A DNA stretch of 64,000 nucleotides from Amphiura filiformis (GCF_039555335.1 NC_092646.1:36859911-36923910); one strand, 5' to 3'. Shown: positions 50,991-63,813, numbered from the stretch's first letter. Numbers and translations are program-made. Notes: generated from the letters alone by a model not told the origin.

Positions 50991-51803
50991 CACCGAAATT
51001 TATTTATTTATTATTTATTTTACACTTGTACTAAACAATTGAAATATGTGCCCTATCAAAATTGGATAGGCAAGTGAAACATTCACTGGGCCTCATGGAA
51101 GAACAGAGGATACCTTAAAACATCCACTGAATGAGTAACCCAGGCAAAGAAAAAATAAAAAAAAAAAATAAAAAATCATTCAATGTATGTGAAGCACAGA
51201 CTCCCCCATGGATTGCCTTTGAAGAGAGTGAGAGCAATCACTCTCTACTGCTCTTATTAAATCAGATATAGGAGAGTGATGTTTAGCTCTCCTTAGTTGA
51301 CCATTCTCTCCTTACATTCTATTGTAAATGCTCTAAACAGTTCCCCTCAAAGGCTCAAGAAGAGCTACTCAGTGGCGTGTCCGGGGGGATTTGGGTGTTG
51401 AAGCCCCCTGCACTTTGTTAAAAATCATGTAAAATCAGCCATTTTTGGTGATTTTAGCAATTAAGCCCCCGCATAACTCTGAAAGCCCTCTGAGCCCCCC
51501 CTCACGAAAAAGATCCTGGACACGCCAGTGCTATTTAATGCTCTCCTGCAAATTCCAAAAGACAGTCCATGCCCCCCTGTATCTCACCCTTCCCCACTCC
51601 CCATCTTTCAATGTTGGAGGGTCTTACAGACCTGCCAAGAACATGGCTTCATTCAACATCAAAATGGGTGGGTGGAGCGAGGGGCAGAGATACACCAAAA
51701 GACAGCCAAAGTGTGCTAACATATTTTCCACGATTGTAGGCTATTAATATACATGTACTAAGAATGGCTTTGATCAACAGCTGATAAAAAGTTTATTTCT
51801 TAC

Positions 51804-53021
51804 CTTTCTTCTTTGTCTTCTCTACTATCAGTGAATCTTCTTACTGGTGGTTGGGGCACACCTTGTGTAGATTCAGGTTTTCCAAGCTTCTTGGTTACAT
51901 TTTCTGAGGGAATTGATTGTTCTTCATAAGAACGATAAGAAGCATAAGCATATGATCTGAAAGCTTTTCTTGAGGGAACTGATTGCGTACTGCCACGATC
52001 AAGTGATATTCCTGATGCTGCAGGAGGTCGTGCTGCTTGTGCTTTTATAGGAGCTGATGCCCTTTGTCTAGATGTTCTTGCTAGTGCTGCTGAAGGGGAA
52101 CGTTTGGCTTGTGTCGGGCTTGTGCTTTCGTAAGCAATGCCACGAGCAAGCAGTGACCGAGGAGATGCACTGTAAGCTGCTCTGTCATATGCAGGTGGAA
52201 GAGGGGAGGTGCACCGCCAGGAGCAGATGGTGGAGGGGGAGGTGCACCGCGACGAGCAGGTGGTGGAGGAGGTGCACTATAAACTGCAGGTCGTGGAGGG
52301 GGAGGTGCACTATAAGCTGCAGGTGGTGGAGGGGGAGGTGCACTATAAGCTCCAGGTGGTGGAGGGGGAGGTGCACTATAAGCTCCAGGTGGTGGAGGGG
52401 GAGGTGCACTATAAGCTCCAGGTGGTGGAGGGGGAGGTGCACCACCAAAAGCAGGTGGTGGAGGGGGAGGTCCACAACTACCACCAGGTACACCACCAGA
52501 TCTAAAAGCCGGAACTGAACTGTACGGTTCTAATTTATGGAGACCACTTACTGTAGGTGGTGATGGTGGTGGTGGTGAAGCTTGTTGGGCCATTTGAGGT
52601 GGGAAACGTTGAGGTGCAGAAAGAGCGGGCGATTTAGTTACAGACATGGAAGGTGGAGGTATATACTTAAAAATCATACGAGTTGGTGAAGGTTGGTCAT
52701 CATCGTCATCAAATAGACCGAAACCCATATCATCATCAGAATCATAGTCAGATTCCTCATAATCTTCATCCTCTATTTCTTTTACTGCTGCTGCTGCTCC
52801 ACCTGCTGAATTGGGTGTTGGGGATGGTATAGTGGGTGATGCCGATTTCTTTTTCTTCTTTTTTGATGTTTGAGGTGAAGCTAAATCTGATTTTGTGAAT
52901 GATGACTGTTCATAGCTCATAAACTCAGTGTCTACAGACGCTAAATCTACAAGACCAAGTTCTTCAACTTCTTCTGGTTGTAAGCAAACATCTTCATAAT
53001 CATCATCAAAATCAGCAGGTG
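51804..53021 (-). CDS. Large exon of a proline-rich protein. Acidic N-part with DDDMGFGLFDDDDD, then eleven 33-nt repeats encoding GAPPPPPPGAYSA (FH1/WASP-like polyproline), then Ser/Ala/Tyr-rich tail. Reading frame shifts by 1 nt near 52203-52206
   Basis: Acceptor tttatttaccag|CA (53023-53022) and donor AG|gtaag (51803-51799). Long ORFs in two frames joined by a single missing G in the run at 52203-52206 (other repeat units have five Gs). Confidence 0.6.
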
Positions 53022-54484
53022 CTGGTAAATAAATAACAAATAAATAAAATTAAAATAAATATATACCGTAACATTCCTGGTATAAACCCACCCTTCTAGA
53101 TGGGTGATTTCACTCTAAAACTGGGGTAGGCTTATAATCAAGGAGGGGCTAGTACTTTTTTTTTTTTTTCAATCTTCCAAATTTGTTTTACATTTATGCC
53201 TGATGCAACCATCTATGTCAATGTTTTATATATAGAATGAAATTGTTTTATATTTGTTCTTAAATGTGAGAGCAAAGTACAGATTTGATTTGGCCAATAT
53301 CAGTACTATGGTACTATACCACAGGGGTCTGTTTCCCAAAAAAGAAATTGGGCTTTAACCCTGGTCGAAAGAAAAGCATTTAACAATTCACTAGTTACGC
53401 AAAACTTGCAATACAATAGGCAAATTTTAGCTCATCCCCCCCAACACCTCCCCCCCTTTTTGCTCTGGAAAAATTGTTGGCACTGCCACTGAGATAATTT
53501 GTGATCGTTATTTGTGAAGGGTATTTTAAGTCCCTGGACACAACTGGTCATTTAACAGCATTTCTGATTGGTTGATAACTTGAAATGCTTATTTCAATTG
53601 CCAATTATGACCAGGCTTTTAAGTTATGGTCAAACTTGCATTTGCAGGTGTTCTTATTAATACCCTCCTTGATTGGTTCAAAATTGGACACAATATTCGT
53701 TTTGGCCAATCGGCAGGTAGTTCTCATAGGGTTAAGACGGCCAGACTAGTTCTGAGATACTGGTGATTAAAACTTGCATAATATACAGAAAATAATTTGA
53801 AAATTCACTCGTTTTATTAACTGAAATTTAGAAGATATTTTCAAGTCATATTTGTTCGATATTTCTAATATTCTGGCTGCAAAATACTGTCACAAATGGC
53901 ATCCCCCACCGAGCATTATTGTTGGGTGCACAAACGTGCAGTAATTAACTGTCCCCCAACTAGCATCGTAGTGTCGTGGGCCTGGTAGTGATTGAGATTT
54001 GATTGCCACTGAAAGTTTCCAGATCATTGCTATTTACACCAAATAACATCTTCCCGTCAATTTAAATAATGGACTATTCCATCTAAAATACACACTACCC
54101 CTGTGGAAGATTTAGCTAAAGTCTTCCACAGGGGGAGTATGAGTTTCAAATAGAATATACAATTGGGTAGCTTCCATTTGAAATACTCACTCCAGTTGTG
54201 GAAGATATAGGTAAAGCTATAATACAGGGGGAGTATGAGTTTCAAATAGAATATACAATTGGGTAGCTTCAATTTGAAATACTCACTCTAATTGTGGAAG
54301 CTAGATAAATGTAAAGCCATAATACAGGGGGAGTATGGGTTTCAAAATGATTAACCCTGACCAATTACATTTGAAAAACTTGACATACTACGTCCTCCTA
54401 TGGAACATTATTTCCAAAATCTTCAACAGGGGTAGTGTGGATTTCAACTGGAATAGCCCAATGTACCCTAACGAACAAACAAAC

Positions 54485-54769
54485 CTTCCTCGGCCATGCA
54501 ATAATCAATCATATTCACGACATCAATTTCACTGTCTCTGCTCCTGCTTCTGCTTCGACTACTTAAACATTCATCTAGTTCATCCAGAAGATCTTCATCT
54601 GGACTGTGGCTCAAGCTCATCATCATTCTTTTTTCCCTTCTGGGACGATAGGCAAACCGTTTCCCTCCCTCCTCCTCCCCCTCCTCCTCCCCCTCCTCTT
54701 CATCCTCCTCCTCCGAGGATGATGATGATGACGATGACGACGATGACGATGACGACGATGACGATGAGT
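54485..54769 (-). CDS. Candidate exon: poly-Ser / acidic / RS-like (SSSSS..EEEDEEEGEEEG..SRSRSRSRDSEIDVVNMIDYCMAEE). Possibly upstream exon of the proline-rich gene, or a terminal exon ending at stop 54468
   Basis: Good acceptor cttttttatgattttatag|AC. Open frame. Phase-compatible weak donor G|gtttgt. Confidence 0.3.
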
Positions 54770-55289
54770 CTATAAAATCATAAAAAAGAGTGATTAAACA
54801 TCAACAATCTGAATTACACACCATGCATACACAAGATTTTGAAATTGATGTTAGTTCCTGCATTGTAACTGAAAATGAAGAATGTGTGAAATTATCAAGC
54901 CAAGGGATGGGGTATGAACGTTTGGGCAGTATTTATTGTGGGACATTATTAGAGCACATCAGACATATCGAATTGCATTCTGAATATTATTATTATTATT
55001 ATTATTATTTCTTTCTTTATTGAGGGTTATACTGCTTCAGTGACAAGCACTGCTTTTCAAGCAGGCCCTCATTGCTACATGTTATATAGCAACAAAATAT
55101 ATTACAATACACAATATTAACAAAATATCATACAGTATTTACAATGTATTTACAATATATTACAAATAAGTATAATGGTATCATCAACTACAAGATAATT
55201 ACAAATACCATGATTAAAAAAAACCAGAAATACAATAATTATATTTATATACAAAAAATCAAGCAAGTAAATGAATAAAATATAGATAA

Positions 55290-55560
55290 AGGCAGGTCTA
55301 AATTTCTTTAATTTTTGATTGAAATTGGCCTAAAGTCATATTTTCCATCTGAGCTCTTACTAATGGTGGCAAAGAATTCCATGCATAGGCTGCCCTGACA
55401 TGGAAAGTACGTTGACCTGAATTTGATTTAAATTTTGGTACAATCAATGTATTAGAAGTATGATTTCTAGTTATATGATTATGGTTATCATGAACAAAGA
55501 ACGTCCTTCTGATATCAAATAATTTTGATTTTTTGAAATTCGCAATGTAATACACATTTT
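55290..55560 (-). mobile_element. L2/CR1-like LINE 3' end fragment (..RTFHVRAAYAWNSLPPLVRAQMENMTLGQFQSKIKEI*) nested in foldback element
   Basis: Characteristic FSV.AP.LWNSLP C-terminal LINE motif on minus strand. Confidence 0.65.
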
Positions 55561-56984
55561 ATGGCAAATGATTAAAAATTGACATTTTTGATATTTAACA
55601 GCAATCGAAGTAAACTTAATAAATCTGATGATTTATACTTAAAGTGTATGTAGGTGGGATGAAAGACAATAATCAATTGAAAATTTTGACCTTTTTATTG
55701 AAGATATGAATTTTTTTCCCCAAAACACCTAATTTTTTTGGTGTTTTGGGAAAAAAATCCATATCTTCAATACGAAAGGTCAAAATTGTCAATTGATCGC
55801 CTGCTTTTTCCCCAGCTACATACACTTTAAGAATATATCATTAGATTTATAAAATTAACCAAGACTGTTATATATCAAAATGTGAAAAATATCAAATTTT
55901 AATAATTTGTCATAAAATTTGTATTATATCGTGAAATTAAAAAAATGAAAATTATTTGATATCAGAAAGACATTCTTTGTATTCAGAATGCAATTCGATA
56001 TGTCTGATGTGCTCTAATGTCCCACAAAAAATACTGTCAAAATGCTCATTCCAGATCCCTTAATCTATTCCAGTAATGTTGACAATTTTTTGTGGGACGA
56101 TCAGAGAAATATCTAACTTGGTCCATAGCAACAGGTATATCATGAACTACACAAAAATTGTTCCAAGTCAGATTTCATGCATATTAATTAGCTAATTTAC
56201 ATATTTAATCAGTGAAAATAACCAAAAATTGGACAAACTAAATAAAAATGTAGCCACACTATACAATGTCCTATCAGATATATGTGATAATGTTATGAAA
56301 TCTTAATGGGCTTGTTTCTGCTAACATCAGGGGTGTAGGGGGTATACCACATACTATGCGCTGTGCGTTTGCATCCTGCAGGATTTACTTATTTTTCTTG
56401 AAGGTGGGTTCATTGATATTGGTCTAACTTTCTGATATTTTTAGTATTTTGTTTGTTATAAAAAATAGCAGAAATTTTTTGTCGCATATGAAATAGGTTA
56501 ATATTTGATGTGATCAAGCAAAATCAGTCGGAAGTCAAAAATATTGATTTTCAGATACAGCCAAACAAAGGTTTGCTGTCTTTTTGTTTTGGAAACACTT
56601 CAACTGTTCATATCTTTGGACCTAAATGTTCAATTTCAATGGGATTTTTTCTACAAAATATAGCTTTGCAAATGCCTTTATATACAATCATGTAGAAAAC
56701 TAAAAAATGAATATGCACGACTTAAGACTGATTTTGCTTGATCATGCCACATGTAGATTCCTTGTTGCTTGGCCACAATAAATCACTTGCGCTGAATGTT
56801 GATTAGTCCAATTACTGTACTCCCCCTGCAGGGATTGCAGGGGATGTATCAACATCTCAGCGCTTGCATTATGAAGTCCAATTTCTCTCACAACAAGCGA
56901 TATGCATTTATTAACTTATAAATAACTAAAACAAATATGAACTATAAGAGCAGTTGTTTAGGACCCATATACACACCATGAAAA

Positions 56985-57255
56985 GTCACAATTGAAGACC
57001 TGAGCGCAAGAAGACCGTAAGTCCACTTGGCCCCTCAACATGTATACACTAAAGTTACGTATAGTTTCTTAGGGTTTTATAATGTTTAAAACATGTTCCA
57101 GGTTGAAAACATCATGAAAGGTTGTGACAGATTTGTTTTGGCCCCTGAACATGTATAAAACATTACCAAACTATACAAAACTAAACGCAAGTTAGCGTAT
57201 ACATGTTGAGGGGCCAAGTGGACATACAGGCTTCTTGCGCTCAGGTCTTCAATTT
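56985..57255. mobile_element. Foldback MITE (..gaagacctgagcgcaagaagaccgtaagtccacttggcccctcaacatgtatac.. mirrored)
   Basis: About 120-bp inverted arms. Confidence 0.8.
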
Positions 57256-59264
57256 GGTAAATCCCATAAGCCTTAGCGGGTAGACCCGAGATGCCGTCAT
57301 TTGACGTCACAGCGATGTGCACTTCGTTTAGCCAACATCATTACTATATAGGGCTATGCATTTCAAAGCAGTGAAGTATGTGCACAGAAACGATATGTGC
57401 ACATCAGTGTAACAACATCACAGGTCTACCCGCATTGGGATTTACCAAAAAGGTCAACTTGATATCAACCTCAAGTTTGATTGTGAAAGAGGATTAACAA
57501 AAGTAATCTAATTCAGAGGGTGTTTACATGTCACTCAAGGAGAGCAAAATATTGTACAGCTGAATTTATACTACATCGTTAAGGGGTACTACACCCATTG
57601 ATTTTTTTTTGCATTTTTTTGCATTTTGTGAAGAAATTACAAAAAAACATTGGACAAAGTGGTATGCAAAATGAAGGGCAAATCTTCTCGTTTTATTGGT
57701 GGCATCGGTATCAACGTAGCTTACATGCTTTTAAAAGTAGAAGCCCAAAGGTGGTACATCACTGATGATTTAAATTCACTTCATTTTGGAAAGCTTAATA
57801 TCAACGGATTTCGTTAAAATTTTGGATATGTGTTGCTAACACGTTAGGGAAATAAAGTTGATATGTAAAATGGGAATAAGTGGTTCCTGATTTCTTTTAT
57901 GACTTCATGAACTTGGTGCTCCACAACTATCAAAAAGGAACTGGTTAAAATGCTTCTATTTTCAATGTTGAGCTATATTTTGTATTTTAACTTGCAACAT
58001 TATTTCACTGAAACTTAATTAAGCCATAGGTAACAGGTTACCACAACCATACTACAGCAATGTTGAAAAAATTGTATTTCTTGTCACCTATACCACCATA
58101 TTGGGTAGTTTTCCGTAAGCTTAGCTTTTGTGATTTTGGTAACTATTTTATATTTATTTGTGAAATCCATCTCAACTAGGCATTCTAAATTGTACTCACC
58201 ATTTACATCCCAAGGTATATTAGTATATCCACCTTGCACTTCTCGATATATATCCAGTTAAAGACAGAATATCAAAATTATTCCTCATTATGATACATAT
58301 TGTATCACAGACTCTCACATGTGTATTCAAAATTGATGCTTAAATTTGACCTGAACCAATTGACCTATAACCTGACATACGGTGACCTAATAGCCTTTTC
58401 TTCTCCTAACAACACATCAATAACAACATCAATATCAAATTGACTAATGACTATGCATCTATTGTGTAAGTGTTTATTTAATTTATTCAGTGTTATATAT
58501 TTTGCAAGCACCACTAGAATTTCTATAGAGAGTATAACAAAGGATTTAATGTATTCTATTCATGTACCCTACTTGAACATGTTGAAAAGAATAAATTATG
58601 GTTTGTTATGAAACACGCATCTGAGTTACCAGGATACGGTAAACAAAAAATATATAGGGCTAAAATGACTTACTATACAATGGTTTAAAAACACCTTTTT
58701 ATTTATTTATTTTTTATTTTTTTTATTTCACATGATCCGTGCATATATCGCCTCGCTATAAATGAAAAAATATTTTTTTAGACCAATCAAACCAATATAT
58801 GGGTGTAGTACGCCCTTAAGCAATAGCGATTGGTTCTTAATCAATGAGGTAGAGTGCATTTTGCTGCGTTGGGAAATGCGCACCACCTTATTGGCCAAAT
58901 ACCAATCACTCGTCGCTATGCAATAGAGTATATATTCAGCTTATCTCAGGATTATTTTGACATGCTCCCTGTAAACTTTGATTTGCATGCTTGGTTGCTT
59001 TGTGTGTGTGATGTGTTGTGCCAAATGCTAATAATAAGCGCTATCGCACGCAAGTGGAAACCTTTATTTGTAACACTCAAGCTTAAGGAAGCTATTTATT
59101 GTTTGATTTTAGACTTTCGCAGCGAAGTACATTATTTTGGTCTCCATGAGCGACAAACCAATTTAGTACAATTACCATAGCATTACACACAGGGCAATTC
59201 TGAGCCCTATAAACCTGACTCTGTAAGTTTAAATATCTTTGGATATAATAAATACCATTTTTCA

Positions 59265-59425
59265 CTCTCATGTGGCAGTGATGTCAACGCGCATATCATT
59301 AGGCGCAAATCGCTAGTGTTCGCTCAAAGCACTGGCGTACACACGTACGTGCTTAAAGATGGCACATAGATGCGAGCGCGAAACAGCTGCCTCAACGCAT
59401 TGACGTCACTGCCACATCAGGGTGG
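59265..59425. mobile_element. Small MITE, TIR atgtggcagtgatgtcaacgc...gcattgacgtcactgccacat
   Basis: Inverted termini. Confidence 0.6.
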
Positions 59426-59447
59426 GAAATTGTATAGTAATACATAC

Positions 59448-59509
59448 CAATTCCTCCAAATTCTTTGACTATCTCATTAATCACAGAGCACCTTTTCTCT
59501 TTGATAATC
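59448..59509 (-). CDS. Exon 5: (R)IIKEKRCSVINEIVKEFGGI
   Basis: Acceptor cttatacatctgcag|G, donor G|gtatgta. Phase 2-1, consistent with exon 4. Confidence 0.45.
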
Positions 59510-60696
59510 CTGCAGATGTATAAGCCATGTATTATAGTTACAATGGATAATTCCAGTTGAAATACTTACACCCCATATGGAAAACATGGCCTTAATCTCT
59601 CGCACAGGGGGTGTTGATTTCAAATGGAATCACCCATTCAGTAGGTATCCTCATTTGAAATTCACACTATTCACATATCAGTATCTTGATTAACTCTCTT
59701 CACGCGGGTGTCGACTGCAGACGCTCTTGGTATTTTGAGAAAATATTTCAAAACTTGAACTTTTTCCATTGAAGCGCATGGCTAGCACGCAGAGCATTAA
59801 GCTGATTTGCTGGTCACTGGTTATTACTCAGTTTGCTCTCAAAGCTGATGCTCTGTGTGTTTATTTTGCGGTGCATATTTATCTTGAGGAAATTGGCCAG
59901 TTAAGAAATCTTTTTCCCTACAATTTTCTTTTACAAAAATACCCCAATATATCGGTACAAATATGTTTTAAAAGTGTTTGTTGGTAGAACCGTATATGAT
60001 TAATCTTTGAAGAAGGATTTGAAAGTTCAGAGCATCTCAAGCTAAACGGACTATTCCATCTAAAAATTAAAATATCTTCCATGTGGGGGGTGTGAATTTC
60101 AAATGGAATGAACACATTAGCAGCTCCATTTGAAACACACCCTCCCACAGTAGAAGATTCAGGTTGAATCTTTCTCAGAGGGTGTATGAAATTCAAATAG
60201 AACTGCTGATGTGTTCATTCCATTTGAATTTCATACTCCCACTGTGGAAGTTATTTGCAAAATCTTCCACAGGGGTTGTGTGGATTCTAGATGGAATAGC
60301 CCATTTTGATTGAATTTGAGTCATATGGAATAAAAGAGGGCAATAAACCCTTGATGTGATCAAGCAAAATTAGTCGGAAGTCGGAAATACTGATTTTGAG
60401 ATATAGCCAAACAAATTAAGTGTTTCCTTTTGTTTCCTATTGTTTTGGAAACTCTTTAGCTGCTCACATCTTTTGAACTTGTGCAAAATGTAGCTTTTAT
60501 GTTTACAATCCTATAAGAAATTGAAAATTGAATATGTCCGACTTCAGACTGATTTTGCTTTATCACACACCGCATATGTTGTTGTTGTCATTGACTATAT
60601 GGAGAAACAGGATTATGTTGTTTTAATCCCAATAAATTAGTGCTTGTTTTCAAGAACGGGGAGTAACCCCTCTCTGATTTTATGATCTATGTTTAC

Positions 60697-60778
60697 CTCT
60701 TGCCTGTGGTGCGCACCTCCTCCAAGAATTCAACATCATTCTCCATGATTTCCTCTATATCTATATCATCAATATCAC
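60697..60778 (-). CDS. Exon 4: (G)DIDDIDIEEIMENDVEFLEEVRTTGK
   Basis: Acceptor tattttgatgcag|GT, donor AG|gtaaac. Phase 1-2, consistent with exon 3. Confidence 0.5.
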
Positions 60779-60984
60779 CTGCATCAAAATATCAAGGTGT
60801 TAGGTATGCGACACAATCTGGTCTATGGGGGCTAAAGGCAGCAAATTTGAAATTGAGATAAAGGCAAAAAATATGGAGGGGGAAAATAAGAAAATACACA
60901 TCACAAAACTTCAGAACTCTGGAACCAAATATGCTATACATGTATCTTTGATTTTCAAAAATGCCTCCTTTAATTTGGCCCCGT

Positions 60985-61300
60985 GGAGCATATCATGTCA
61001 CATATGTGTACATCCATATCAAAACGATGCACTTGTCGGCAGCTACATGTGTCTCTTTTTACCGTAGTTAGAGGAATAAATACCATACTCATCTCAAGTA
61101 CATTTTACTTCAAATCATTCCCAAGTCACATGGTTTAAGAATAATGAAAATATTCCTAAACCATGTGACTTGTGAATGATTACAAGTGATCACCACTTGA
61201 GCTGAGTCTGGTTTTTATTCTAAGCAATTTATGTAAAAAGAGACACATGTAGCAGCTGACAAGTGCATCGTTTTTTGATATAGATGTACACATATTAAAG
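60985..61300. mobile_element. Foldback MITE (..catatgtgtacatccatatcaaaacgatgcacttgtcggcagctacatgtgtctc.. mirrored)
   Basis: Long inverted arms around a central palindrome. Confidence 0.75.
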
Positions 61301-61441
61301 GGAGTTGCTAACCCTATTGAATTAGGATATATGAATAATTAGCACAGTTAGCAAGCCTATCAATACGTTGGTAGTGGTCTTGATCAGCCTTGTCGAAAAC
61401 AGCCCTAGTCAACCGAAAAGTGCAAACATTGAAACACATAC

Positions 61442-61541
61442 CTTTTTCCATAATCTCCCTCCTGAAATATGACGCCTGTTCATCTATTTTACCTGTGTCA
61501 CCCTGTACATCATAGTAGAACTTAACAATATCAAGTATGGC
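61442..61541 (-). CDS. Exon 3: AILDIVKFYYDVQGDTGKIDEQASYFRREIMEK
   Basis: Acceptor caattgtag|G, donor AAG|gtatgtg. Phase 0-1. Confidence 0.5.
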
Positions 61542-63209
61542 CTACAATTGAAAATACATAATAATATACATATAAGACCAAAGAACAAAATATATTAAAG
61601 CTCTCTCATTCATTTGTTTCATAGCCACTAAAGTATAGGAACATTTTGTCTTGGCTACACCCGCTCTTAAGACGTATTTCATAATATATTATACGTACAG
61701 TATTTAATTATATTTTATATGCACTTGCTCCAGTAACATGTGCAAATTTTATTGTACACTTTGCAATTCTTTTGATGTTACAGCATCCTTGCCAGTCTGC
61801 TGTTTAACAACTTGCGTCCAGCGTGTCTGTGTGGTTTGCTTCTGCAGAAAACCATGCAGATGATGTGGACACTTTGTTGTTAAACGGCGATTAACAACGG
61901 TGAAACATGATTGAATCCCTAATTCAACATCAAGTCAGGGCATTATCTGTTGTTGATTTGTGAGTATGAAGTCTTTCAAATTGTCACAAATGTGTACCAG
62001 GGCAACATTATATTTAACAAATTAAGTTTGGGCCCGTAGAATTTCTGTAGACTTCAACAGAAATTTTGGCTTTTTGGAAAACAAATGATTATCAATTTTG
62101 CTTGGTCTGATATTTTGCACATTTTTGACAAACACAATATTTCTGCCCCTTCCCTGCTGTTATGGGATTATTTAGTTTTTGCAGACCATGATTGAAAGTA
62201 AAAAAGGGTGCTTTTGTTGCAACTGAAAAAACAGACACAAAGTAAAGTACCTCAGCAGGGGTCGCATATAATAAGGAGTCTGCGCGTCCAGGGACTCCTT
62301 ATTTTTTTATTTTGGCCATTTTGGACTCCTTAAATCACAAGTTGAAAGTGAGCAAAGGGTCTGATAAAAACTGAATGGACTCCTTAATTTTATGATCCAC
62401 GGAGGCGTAAATCAGTTTAAGAATTGTTGATTAAAAATAAAAAGATAAGCAAATCTTCCGAATCGCCATAGGCCAACGACACTAATAATTTCACTGGAAA
62501 ATGTTGGCCCGACGGACTCGTTAAATTCTCATTGGACCCCTGCCCTTAAATGTTGACTTTGCAGGTACCAAAGGGTCCAGCAAAATTAAATGGGACCCTT
62601 TGATTTTTTGTGCTCGCGCTACCCCTGTACCTCAGTACTAAAATAAGCTTTTGGTCTGGTTTATATATTGTTTGGAACAATAGAACATGGTTAAACCACC
62701 GGTTCGCCCCAGTGCACCAGTGACCGGCTTTTGAAGTCATCCCTTACATTTACATTACACACACAGCAAAATAACTAAGGTATACCAGTTATGTTCACCC
62801 CTGTACAGTATATCCTAAACAAAGACAAATATGTCAAAATTAAAACCAGCAGCAAATACATATTCCCTTTAGCTCTGATTTAAGACTTCATTTGTTGAAA
62901 TCAGCTGAGAAAATGTGAAATAAAACCCAAGCAAGGAATGAAATCAAAAGTTATATTTTAATGTTCTAGTCAAAGGAAAGCACAGTGCTAGTTCTCTTGT
63001 TCGAGAATGCTTTGTGTACAAATCAATAGGGCATCCAATGGAGCTAACTGAAACTTTTGATTTTGCATCATCCTTGGAATTCTGGATCATTATGTCTTTA
63101 TTTCTTGACCGATTTCAACAAATGAGGTCTTAAATCCGAGCTAAAAGATTATGGGGTGAAAATAACTGGCACCTTAATTCTGTTGTGGTCTCTATATAAT
63201 TATACATAC

Positions 63210-63356
63210 CTTGTAGAAAACAGGATTATTGTAAGACACTTTTTCTTTGGTTAGTTCCAGAGCATCCTCGTAGTATCTTTGAGCTGTCAAAATTGAAAAC
63301 GTTTCCTCTTTGTGAGCCCTTTGAAGTAAGTCTTCAACTGTTTCCTCAGGGGAGAC
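63210..63356 (-). CDS. Exon 2: VSPEETVEDLLQRAHKEETFSILTAQRYYEDALELTKEKVSYNNPVFYK (TPR-like A..YY.DAL.L....NP.FY pattern)
   Basis: Acceptor ttattcttttag|G, donor AAG|gtatgt. Phase 0-0. Confidence 0.55.
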
Positions 63357-63684
63357 CTAAAAGAATAATAAAAACATTGATTTATCACTCAGTAAATGAA
63401 GAGCTTATTTCCAAACCATGTTAAGTCCACAAACACATGTTTCTGATTTACCTCTGCGATATTGCAATGGGTTGTGATGCTACAGGTATTATAATTTCAG
63501 TTGGATGCACAATTACAAAGCAAACAGTGGATGGATGCGGCCTTTGGTTCCCAAATGAGAACAATAGTCTGCATATTGTTATGCAGCATTGTTGCTTATG
63601 TCAAATTTGTCAAAGTAATTGTGATTGTATCACACAAGTAAATGAGAAACATGTGGTTGTACTGTACCGTGTATCAATACTTAC

Positions 63685-63813
63685 TTCTAGGGTCTGTGCT
63701 TGTCCAGGAGGACTCTTGGTTGGTTCCCATCCCATGTAAGTCAATGTATCAATCTCTGCTTTCCTCAACAGCTCTTCTATGTCCACGCCTTTCTTTTCTT
63801 TCTTGTCTTCATC
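63685..63813 (-). CDS. Exon 1 (in window) of unknown minus-strand gene: DEDKKEKKGVDIEELLRKAEIDTLTYMGWEPTKSPPGQAQTLE
   Basis: Acceptor ttttccccaaag|G, donor GAA|gtaagt. Phase 0-0. Confidence 0.5.

Noticed and set aside
52072-52518. Plus-strand and alternative minus-frame ORFs across 52.1-52.5 kb (RWWRGRCT.., VHLPLHHLELI.., HRQEQMVEGE..)
   Set aside because: All are alternative-frame readings of the 33-nt coding repeats. Only the GAPPPPPPGAYSA frame links to splice sites and flanking ORF.
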